Shown: piece after piece, positions 24,801 through 36,800 of the stretch
How positions within the stretch are numbered: the stretch's first letter is position 1
Layout: every line of letters begins with the position of its first letter
Assembly (NCBI GenBank): GCA_002633005.1
Contig: NMRA01000106.1
Span: 229,655 to 293,654, forward strand
Length of the DNA: 64,000 bases
Reading direction: 5' to 3'
Source: Phoronis australis
Taxonomy: Eukaryota > Animalia > Phoronida
Position numbers and translations under genes: made by a program
The notes under the pieces: generated by a model
Told to the model about the DNA's origin: nothing
What the model saw: the letters and a program-made list of their open reading frames with translations, nothing else
The model's database searches: none

Positions 24801-27800
24801 GTATCTCCTAAACCGTTCGCAGGATCTTTACAAATTGTGTAAGTATATTTATATGATGTTAACAACGGAAGATGACGACTTTTGGACGGATCCGACTACC
24901 GGTGTGCCCCCTAGTGGCAATTTTAGTTTTTTTACGCTTACCTTTGTATCTTCACAAGTCCTTATTGGATTTTCATGAAATTTGGTATGTAGGCACCTAT
25001 TAGTGAGATGACGCTATCCTCCCGTTTTCAGATGGATTCGACATAGTTTGCGCCACCTAGTGGCCATTTTTAGTGTTTTCGAGTCTGTTTTTGTGCGTCC
25101 ACCCCTCTATCAACCAAACCGCTCAAAGGATGATTGTGAAAATTGGCATGTATATGCTTACTATGTAGAGGACGGTTGACGATGATTTTCCGACGATTTC
25201 GACTACTGTGGCGCCTCCTAGTGGCAGTTTTGTTTTTTTGCGCCTATGGCTGTATCTCCTAAACCGTTCGCAGGATCTTTACAAATTGTGTAAGTATATT
25301 TATATGATGTTAACAACGGAAGATGACGACTTTTGGACGGATCCGACTACCGGTGTGCCCCCTAGTGGCAATTTTAGTTTTTTTACGCTTACCTTTGTAT
25401 CTTCACAAGTCCTTATTGGATTTTCATGAAATTTGGTATGTAGGCACCTATTAGTGAGATGACGCTATCCTCCCGTTTTCAGATGGATTCGACATAGTTT
25501 GCGCCACCTAGTGGCCATTTTTAGTGTTTTCGAGTCTGTTTTTGTGCGTCCACCCCTCTATCAACCAAACCGCTCAAAGGATGATTGTGAAAATTGGCAT
25601 GTATATGCTTACTATGTAGAGGATGGTTGACGATGATTTTCCGACGATTTCGACTACTGTGGCGCCTCCTAGTGGCAGTTTTGTTTTTTTGCGCCTATGG
25701 CTGTATCTCCTAAACCGTTCGCAGGATCTTTACAAATTGTGTAAGTATATTTATATGATGTTAACAACGGAAGATGACGACTTTTGGTCGGATCCGACTA
25801 CCGGTGTGCCCCCTAGTGGCAATTTTAGTTTTTTACGCTTACCTTTGTATCTTCAAAAGTATTGAACGGATTTTCATGAAATTTGGTATGTAGGCACCTA
25901 TTAGTGAGATGACGCTATCCTACTGTTTTCAGATGGATTCGACGTAGTTTGCGCCACCTAGTGGCCATTTTTACTGTTTTCGAGTCTGTATTTTTGCGTC
26001 CACCCCTCTATCAACCAAACCGCTCAAAGGATGATTGTGAAAATTGGCGTGTATGTGCTTACTATAAGGAAGACAGCTGACAATGATTTTCAGACGATTT
26101 GGACTACTGTGGCGCCTCCTAGTGGCAGTTTTGTTTTTTTGCGCCCATGGCTGTATCTCCCAAACCGTTTGCAGGATCTTTACTAAATTTAGCAAGTGTA
26201 TTTATGTGATGTTGACAACGGACGATGACGACTTTAGGATGATTCTGATTACCGGTATGCCTCTAGTGGCAATTTTAGTATTTGCCTCTAGTGGCAATTT
26301 TAGTATTTTACATTGACCTCTGTATTTTCATAGGTCTTCAGGTGTATACTTTGTGTTACTTCGTGACTGTGAAGGAAAAGTTCCAAGTAGAAATTTGTTT
26401 CTGGCATTCTAATGCTGTGCTAATCTCGTATGTTGGTAAATTTGTTTTTAATTCTATGTTTCTGTGGTGCTTTAAGCAACTGGTGTATAGGATGTGCTTG
26501 TATTATGAAGATTACTCACATTTTGCCCCTAGCCTATTGAGGAGACAATGACCATGCCTTTCCATTTTGCAAAGTATGCCCTCTACTGGCCACTTTATGG
26601 TACCAATAAACAACCCTAGAAGGATACCGTATGCGGTGCAATTGTGGGCGCATTTCAACGCTCCGCGTTGCTCTTTTGAATTTGTTTACCTGAAAAGAAA
26701 CAAAATGGATTTTCAAGATCTTCTTAGTCTTCATTGGAAGCAGAACTGTTTTTTATACATACCAATTATACAGGTTTTTAAAACAAACATTCTCTTGACA
26801 ACATGTAATTTCAATTTAATTGAATATAGGCTAAATTTTGTGACCTAGATTTTGCGACATAGTCTCGCCTTATTTGTTGTGGATTACTACTTCTATGAAT
26901 TTGGTTCCTTGCCCAAGCTGGTCGCTTACCTGTTTTCATTTTTTTCGACATTATCTTTGACAAATTTTCAGTATCACTTGTTGACTGAGCATCGTCTAAA
27001 ATTTCTCCGGCTCTTTTCTTTTTCTGTTTTACCTCAGTTTTACAAAAAAATTAATGATCTTATTGCACTACACGAAATTTCTCAGACAGTCTGCAGCCAT
27101 GCGCAACTACAGTTCCTACCTAATTCATCCCATCTGTCTTTTAGAGGTCTTGCTTTACCATTAATTAAATAATGCAAATTATATTTTAGTTGGCTAGAGA
27201 TGTGCTAGATATTGCAGCCGAGGCTACCGGTGTGGGAGTGACCACAGAAGAGATTGACAGGATCGTGCATGAGGTTGGTCTATTGCTATTGGCTGGTTTG
27301 TATTTAGCAGATGTGATTGGCATGACTTACCGTGGTTTGCTGTTATTGGCAGGGGTTGTGTTTGCAAAGGTGATGGACACCACTCTGCTTGAGTTGGGTG
27401 CATTAGTATTCATGCTGTCAACTCCGAATTAAGGAATAACTAGGGGAAATCCAAGAGGAACAAAAGATCGCTGGGGTTGAGAAAGTAGTTTTTATGCAAC
27501 CTAACTTTTTAGCTACAGCACACATCACGAATTTTTGGCCGACCGGTCGGAAATTGGTCGACGACCGGCCGTCGACCGGTCGGAAATTGGTCGACGACCG
27601 GCCGTCGACCGGTCGGCAAATTAGCCGACCGGTCTGCTAAAAATTAGCCGACCGGCAGCCGCCCGCAGTGCCGACTCATAAGGCGACCCCACAGCCGACC
27701 CTTCAGCCGACCCTTTAGCCGACCGGCCATCAGACGACCAGCTGGTCGGCTGCTATTGTTAGGCTAGAGTAGCAGTTGCGTAATAGGTTGTCAGGCTCAT

Positions 27801-30800
27801 ACCGCTTTGCGTGTCGATGCATATTCGTCTTAGCACAGGGTCAAATAAATTAACCTAGTTTTGCTGTCTCGGTTACATGAGTTCACGTCGGTTGTGTAAC
27901 ACCACTACTTCGAAGGTTGAAGGCAAGCGGCATTAGTAAACATTGGATTATGGACAATGCAACAAGTTTTGGATGAAAAACGTGAAAGTTTTCTTTACAT
28001 TTGATCTTTAATTTGACTCCTGACGTTAACAAATTGTATTAGATCGGTTGCTTCCCGGTTAATACAACGCTGTATAGTCATTTTGTAAACGCGGCTGTTT
28101 TTCGCAGTCTTCGCCCACAATTGATTTTGTTTGTGTAACGCCAAACTGCATCGTTTTTGCGTGTTTTAAGTTATTCACCGGTCTCCTATCACGCGCCCAT
28201 GATGAAGGATTAGTGAGTGAGTTGTTACACCGCGAAGAGTTCTCACTCCGGGGATTTTATTTTCATAGTATTGACCCGGCGAAATTCACGGTCCAGTATG
28301 CCCTAAACCCATGGACTTCTACGGCTCTAACTTCGAAATCATACTATGGTTACGATTTCCACGAACTATGACGGTGACATCAAACACGGAATGACCACTG
28401 TTGAGGCTACAGCCAATTGTAGCTTTGCGCATTCTGTTTTCATGTATCGGTGACGTTAAAATCTGGGCTAGTTACATGTACACGTAGGCCCCTATCAGTT
28501 GGTCGTTCACGTTGTTCCAAAAATAAACACTTTCTGTCAACAACATATTGACAAATTATGTAAAATAAAACAATTGTGAACGGGAAGATGTGAATACGTG
28601 GTGAAGAGGTATTGTCTCTACGCGGCATATGTGCGTGAATCTTTGGTAAAGCGATTGCGATGGCAAAAAATGATAGAAAATACATCAAGGTGCACTTTTG
28701 AGAAGCAAAGCGTCTGGTGATATTGATAGCGTATGATCTGGCCACCTCAGGTAGTAAGTGACGCTGAATGAGAAGTGGCAACTACATGTTTGGCTTGTAA
28801 CGCCACCCCTCCCCGAGTTTTGCCAATTCTAATCAGTCACCACTCGAGATTTGGTTCCGTTTCATTCCTAAAAGCACAAAATAATTCTTCTGTGCTCAGC
28901 TGTAAGAAAAAATACAATTTTTTGAAATGGTGCTCAGTCTTAAAAAAGTTTCCATTATGAGAACGCTTTATCAGAAATGCCAAGCACACGCAGTGTTGTA
29001 AAACAAAGACGTTGGCGTTTCCGTATGTCCACAAAAGTGCTTTGAGCATTGTTTACAAATTTGTTCATTTCGCTTTTCTACACTGACGACTATGGTCATA
29101 ACGGTGTTTTAAAAAAGTACACTTTTGACGGCATTTTCAAAAAAATATTTTGGTTTATGAATTCACCGAGTCGGTGCCACGGGCATAAAACGTATCTGCG
29201 TAAAGAAATAGTTGCGTTTTCAAAACATTCAGAGCATGAGCTCAAGGACTACCTGAAAAAGAAAATAAAACCGAATACCAAACAGAAACTTGTCCGTTGA
29301 TCATATAGCTCTTGGAAAACTGTTATCCCTAAGAAATGTGCAAAATACGAACGTCATTTACGGAAGGTTGTACCAGAAGTGATTCGTTGCCGGCAGTGGA
29401 GCCGCCACGCGATAGTAAAAATACAGTGATGTGCAATAGTTAGCTGAATGGAAAGCTGAAGCGGAAAAATTCAGAACACACATTTTCTATTCAGGAATTG
29501 AAATCTCTGTAGAATCAAAAACAATTGACAACCAGGATTTATTGGGTCAGAAGACTTATCATGCCAGGAGAGAATTCTTTTCATGCCCGGGTGGTCACCC
29601 ATTATGCAATGATGGCTGTCCAGTGTGTACCTATACATTGGCATCTATTGTAAAAGGTGGATTAGATGAAAGAAATTCAACTGCATTTCCAAGATAATAT
29701 GTCTTGTCAGCAAGAGGTTGAACATTTAGCCCTTGTGTATAGGTATAGAACGAACATTATCACTTTGAAGGATCAATGCTTGGGGATGGTGATGGGGTGT
29801 TCTGGCGAGTAAAGTTACTGACGTGGTAAGTTTTTGAACGTGGCTTATTAAATTTTCAGTTCGGTCGTATTTTATTTTGATCCTGAAGTGAAGAATTTTT
29901 GGTCCTCACTTGATAAATTATAGGTGCTGATGTGATAAATTTCAGCCTTGACGTGGTGAATTTTAGTCTTTATTTGTTTTTTTTTTTGGTCTTCTGTGTG
30001 AAAACAATCTCAATGTATTGGATTGTTTTAATTCCTGCTTAAGTAAAATTTCTGGTTTTGAGATATTTATCTTTGGTCCTGGAGAGTTAACATGTTTTGC
30101 TTGGTTTTAATCTTGTATAGAAAATATATGTTGTTAAATGTTGCAAATTAGGCCTCCCATAAATGTGAGAGAGCAAGTTGTGTAGCAGCGTTCTGTGTAA
30201 CTTCTTATATAAATCTAGGTGTTCGTGATTTAGTAATACTATGAAAAATGAGTAGTTATGACTATGAAAAATGAGTAGTTGTGGATTCTTTTGAAATACT
30301 GTATCCTTTGTATATGCCTGGTGTAGATGGCTCAGTGTGATATTATGTAAGCCTTATTATCCTCTATGGCTTAACAACTATATATCTTCATTCATGCCTA
30401 GAGGTACTCCCAGGATCATCAAGCATGTGTGTGTATGTTTTTAGTCTAATGAGGCGTGCTTCGAATGTACAATTAGTAATCATACTTTTACAGTGGTTCA
30501 TATCAAACGGATTCATTAAATCCAGTAAATATTTTTGCAACTGCCGATCTGCATATTAGACATGTATATTGCATCATACCTCATCAGAGTAAAACTTGTT
30601 ATCAATCATAGTAGAAACATTTATTTTTATCATTGCCACAAGACGTTAACAAACGCAGTCAGTGTCTGTAACTGTTGTGTCTACATAGCTGATGAATTAA
30701 AGTCGGTCTAATTGCATTTTTATATCACTGATTCATGCCAAAGGTTTGAAATTGCGCCCCCTTAAGAGTTTTGTCTTGCCCTGGTGATCACTAGAATCCG

Positions 30801-33800
30801 ATGCAATAAACTTATAGAAGTTGTTTTTTAACCAGGGTAATAGAGCTGAAAAGTTTGTGCGTTTTCGTTTGCGAGAGTGTTCTTTTTGAATCACTGGATT
30901 AATAATTTATACGCTCTACATGAAAACACAGACAAGTTTTTTAGGATTACCTGTACCAGGTTACCCCGAAAATATTATTTTCAAAGTTTTACCCCCTGGA
31001 GTATACGCGAAACGTCAACAATTGTGTTCTTACGCCAAAGGGCTCGGAAGGCTCTAGCCTTGGTACGAAGGTGTTTACTAAATTAAATATACAAATTTGC
31101 GCCGTTGTGGGTAAAAACTGACCGAATAAAATCTTCCTAGAATAATCTAAATTATTTACCAGCGTTGCAACATTTGGTTTTCTACAATTATTATGCTGCT
31201 AAAATTAGGGTATAACCTTTTGCGTCGACTTTCGACGCAATGAAATATTGCGTCACCTATTAGTCAGTTTCTTTTTCCCAGATTATTCAATCAAACATTC
31301 TCCCTCGAGGTTGCGTAAACGTCAAGACAAATGATCAGAATTGGTTTCACTTCATTATATGTTTTTGGAATTTTGATATCAGTGAACCAAGTTTTGCTGT
31401 CACCATATAATGGGAGATGTCGATAACATTTTGAAAGTGGCGCGTGTCAAGAATGAACTCTTTTCAAAACGACGACATACGTTTTTTCGTTACAAAAGGC
31501 AGAGAATTACGCAAGAAGATCACGTCAGATGTTTTTCGTTTAAACGGCCGTAACGGGCAATTTGAATGCCAATTGGCTTCCAGAGTTTGCATGCAAACTC
31601 GCCGGTCTTGAGCTCATGTTGATACAAGCTTTTCGACGAGGTGACAAGTGTACAAGCAACTATCGGGGCTGTGTGAAATTTCGAGGTCTGTTTGAGCTCA
31701 ATACGCAGTGGCACCTTGCTGTATTTTGAAAATAGTCTTCACAGCTAGCTGGCTAGATAGGAAGGCTCTAGCTTCGAAATTTTTTTTACTGCGAAAGTGA
31801 CAACAATTTCAGAATGATGATGGATGATGGATTACATTATAAACCGATCACAGTCTTCTGTTTTCATGCGCCCATGATTTAATATCGGCGCTATGTTCAA
31901 ACCATTGTTTATATTGTTCCTAAAATAAAATTGGGTTCTATTGCTGTACCAACATATTAAGAAAAATAAACAATAATTATCTGTGGTAAAGCGCAATATA
32001 CAGCGTGACGAAGTGATGATCAAGAGCAATAACGGATGAGCGCAAATGCGTGCTTGTTGAGCAATCCGCGGCATGAAAACATTTGAGGTCGTAAAATATC
32101 CAGTGTTGTATTCTGATTTTTATGCAATTTTGCTGTAAATTTCAAATTTCGTGCTTGTTTTTATGCATAATGCACTGCATAAAAAGTCTGATATCTAAAC
32201 TTAGAAATTATTTTTCCGCTATATCACTTAACGTTTGATTTTACCACGCCTTCATTAATTCAACATAAGGTATTCGGCTTGTGTAATGCCACGCACTTCG
32301 TATTTGTAGGTTGATTCGATTTTACCTCCATTTAATAGTTGAACAAAATTTGATAAACCGATGTCAAGACCGGAGTTGCCACTGGTAAACGAACAGCGAA
32401 CAGTTAAATGTTTGTTTGTCCAAAGTTCACCCGCTAAGTCATAAAATGCTAATTGCCGACCAAGGACACGCTTAATCCGAATTGGTCGTCTACGCTAGGC
32501 GACCAATTAGCCGACCCAAGTGCCGACCACAGAGGCGACTAAGCAGACGGCTCCTAGCCGACCGTTGTTGGTCGGCTGGTGGTCGGCTAGACGACCGGTC
32601 GACGGCCGGTCGTCGACCAATTTCCGACCGGTCGGCCAAAAATTCGTGATGTGTGCTGTATATCTTAAATAAATGTTGAAAATGATGGCCACTGCAAGCT
32701 GTTGATTACCCATTCAGCCTGGTCACAAAGCATATTTAATTACCCATGGTACTGAACTATCTATAAAGTCTTAGGTTTTATGTAAACATTAAAAATCAGA
32801 ATGTGCACGAGACATATGTGGTTTATCACTCTTCATTCCACTATTGGTTCCATTGCAGGCTTGTGTTGACAGAGAGTGCTACCCATCACCCCTAAACTAC
32901 TATCAGTTCCCAAAGTCCTGCTGCACATCAATCAATGAAGTTATTTGTCACGGTATACCAGACATGAGGCCACTGCAGGATGGGGATATTTGTAATGGTT
33001 AGTGATATTAGCAAACTGTCTCCTCTGGAAAGTTTAAAAGTACTCTGTAATGGCCTTTTGGTGTTTTGCTGTAGATTAAACATCTGGTTGAGAATGTTTT
33101 AGACACAAATTTGTCTTCTCTCTTAACTTAGCTATCAATCAAAAGTAGTACAAAAACAGACAGAATGCTTCTAGTGGGATACAAGCCACTTACAGGTGTC
33201 CTGCATTTTGTGAACCAGTTCATGAGTAACTGGTTCTCAAAAAGCTGGATCATTGCATGTGGTTATTGTCTCTCCTGGCATAGAAAGTCACGTGATTACC
33301 ATCCTTGCACTGAAGTTGGGAATGTGTGGAACGAGAACACCTTCATTGTTCAATGGTTAAACCCACCATAAAACATGGTCTGGTGTTAAAAACATGTGAT
33401 GTATGTGCCAAATTCTCATCCTTTGTTTTTAAATTGAAATTGGTTTTATATTGCCTGGAATTCCCAACAGCCGTATTACCATGGCAACTGAAACTGACTC
33501 CGCATGACAAGCTACTTAATGTGCTTGCTCCACGAACCTAATTTACATCATGTGGCTCAATAAAATCAAAAGTTTGGCGTAAGATGCAGGATTGTTGCCC
33601 CTTTAAGATAAATTATGTTGTGCAATCTTTTGTTATGAATTGTGCTGGTAAATAGGTCACAATGTTATTGATATTTTGTTTTGCTGACAAGGTAGAAAGT
33701 CATGGCACCATTTTAGTACTTTTTATGTTACAGCAGTTTATCTCAGAAAAAATGTACGATCATTATTGCTGTTTTCTGCTAAACCCTTGAATGGAGGCTT

Positions 33801-36800
33801 TCAGTTACAGCTGAAATCAAAATATACATTGTTTAAAAAATGATGAAAACACATTGACTTCCCTTTTCAGTTGACATAACTGTGTATTACCGTGGTTACC
33901 ATGGAGATCTAAATGAAACCTTCTTTGTGGGTAGTGTAGACGATGAGAGTAAAAAGCTTGTGCAGACGACATACGAGTGCATGTCACATGCAATAGACTT
34001 AGGTAAGCTCAATCCAAGTATCAGATTTTCCTCCAGATTTATGACTTAACGTTAAATTTATCATTTTTTATTTTTTTCTGTAAGCTGGTCACGATTGTTG
34101 TATGCAGTACCTGAAGAAAATTTTAAAGATGTTTCCATCTTGATAAAGTAAGGGCACATGTTCAATGATGTTAAAGTCGTTATTGTTTTGAATTTTGAGC
34201 TCTGTTCTAACTTAACTTCAGATAGAAAAAAGTTTATTGTTTTTCCTCCATAGAACTCTATTATTACTTGCATAGTTATCTCACTACATTCCCTTTGCAT
34301 TGCAGTGAAACCGGGTGTTCGTTACAGGGACATTGGCAATGTGATTCAGAAACATGCTCAGGCCCATGGTTATTCTGTTGTCAGGACTTACTGTGGCCAT
34401 GGTATACACCAGTAAGTATTGGTTACTCTGTTGTCAGGACTTACTGTGACCACAGTATACACCTGTAAGAATTGGTAAATCTGTTGTCAGGGCTTACTGT
34501 GGCCACGGTATACACCTGTAAGAATTGGTAAATCTGTTGTCAGGGCTTACTGTGGCCACGGTATACACCTGTAAGTATTGGTTACTCTGTTGTCAGGACT
34601 TACTGTGACCACAGTATACACCTGTAAGAATTGGTAAATCTGTTGTCAGGGCTTACTGTGGCCATGGTATACACCAGTAAGTATTGGTTACTCTGTTGTC
34701 AGGACTTACTGTGACCACGGTATACAACGGTAAGTATTGGTTATGCTGTTGTCAGAACTTCCTGTGGTCACAGTATACACCAGTAAGTATGGAGGAGGAA
34801 ATTAAAGTCTTTAAGGCAAAAGATCACCCATTCTAAGCTATTTTCAATAACTTCAATATCACATTGTGAATTGAATCATGCACCACTTTAATGATGCATC
34901 AGAAAATGTTAAGTTTCCAGAGTTCTGCAAATTTTATTTTCCTAGGACCAGAATTAAGTCTTTCGTTTTGCTGTACTAAAGCAAAGTTACAATATTTCGC
35001 CCTATCAATTTCCAAGCAAATAGCCGATTTCCAGTATCTCTTTCCTTTTGTCTCTGTTATGTCATTTGCAGATTTTTATGTAGCAAAATTCATAGGTTTA
35101 GTCATGTATTTGGCAATTTGCAAGCATGCATTTATTATGCGCCCACATATTTATATGTGGACGCATTATGCCGTCATCTCCGTCCGTCCGTCCGTCCGTC
35201 CGTACGGGCGGCGTCCGTCCGGCGTCGTCGTCCGGCGTCCGCTGCTCTATCTCCAAAACCCTTTGACATATGTTCATGAAATTTGGCACATATGTTCCAT
35301 TCATGAATGGGACGGCATGTGCGAACTTTCGGACGGATCCGACTACCGGTGTGCCCCCTAGTGGCAATTTTAGTTTTTTACGCTTACCTTTGTATCTTCA
35401 AAAGTCCTGAACGGATTTTCATGAAATTTGGTATGTAGGCACGTATTGGTGAGATGACGCTATCCTGCCGTTTTCAGATGGATTCGACATAGTTTGCGCC
35501 ACCTAGTGGCCATTTTTAGTGTTTTCGAGTGTGTTTTTGTGCGTCAACCCCTCTATCAACCAAACCGCTCAAAGGATGATTGTGAAAATTGGCATGTATA
35601 TGCTTACTATGTAGAGGACGGTTGACGATGATTTTCCGACGATTTCGANNNNNNNNNNNNNNNNNNNNNNNNNNNNNNNNNNNNNNNNNNNNNNNNNNNN
35701 NNNNNNNNNNNNNNNNNNNNNNNNNNNNNNNNNNNNNNNNNNNNNNNNNNNNNNNNNNNNNNNNNNNNNNNNNNNNNNNNNNNNNNNNNNNNNNNNNNNN
35801 NNNNNNNNNNNNNNNNNNNNNNNNNNNNNNNNNNNNNNNNNNNNNNNNNNNNNNNNNNNNNNNNNNNNNNNNNNNNNNNNNNNNNNNNNNNNNNNNNNNN
35901 NNNNNNNNNNNNNNNNNNNNNNNNNNNNNNNNNNNNNNNNNNNNNNNNNNNNNNNNNNNNNNNNNNNNNNNNNNNNNNNNNNNNNNNNNNNNNNNNNNNN
36001 NNNNNNNNNNNNNTAGTGGCCATTTTTACTGTTTTCGAGTCTGTATTTTTGCGTCCACCCCTCTATCAACCAAACCGCTCAAAGGATGGTTGTGAAAATT
36101 GGCATGTATGTGCTTACTATAAAGAAGACAGCTGACAATGATTTTCAGACGATTTGGATTACTGTGGCGCCTCCTAGTAGCAGATTTTTTTTTGCACCTA
36201 TGGCTGTATCTCCTAAACCATTCGCAGGATCTTTACGAAATTTAATAAGTGAAATTATATGATGTTAACAACAGACGATGACCTAGCCTATTGAGGAGAC
36301 AATGACCATGCCTTTCCATTTTGCAAAGTACAACATACTACATATATGCCCTCTACTGGCCACTTAATGGTACCAATAAACAACCCTAGAAGGATACCGT
36401 ATACGGTGCAATTGTGGGCGCATTTCAACGCTCTGCGTTGCTCTTGTAATTGTACCTTTGAGGTCAAGTGATTTTGAGGCCATACTTTTATCTTGAGACT
36501 TTTGATGCGTTTGTACTGCTTGCGTTCGTTACTTTCCCCATGTCAAGTTTTAGATTTGTTGTGACTGATTTTGTTGACTTGATGCCCCTATTTCATGTAA
36601 GTACTTGATTCTTGCTCACAAGAAAATTTAGTATCTTGTTTTTGAAATCGTTTTACTACCTACAAATAGTTGTCGAAAAGTCCTAAAAATAATGGATTGT
36701 GGCTCATGAAAATTTGCAGCTGCTTTATACTATTTGAAGTAACATTTCAATAAATAGTGCTTTTTCTTTCAGGCTATTCCATACAGCTCCAAGTGTTCCC

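Noticed and set aside
24145-26316. Repeated short ORFs (...[20 protein letters not shown]...)
   Set aside because: They arise from the 451-bp tandem core of the HINE-like element; no Rep/helicase motifs.
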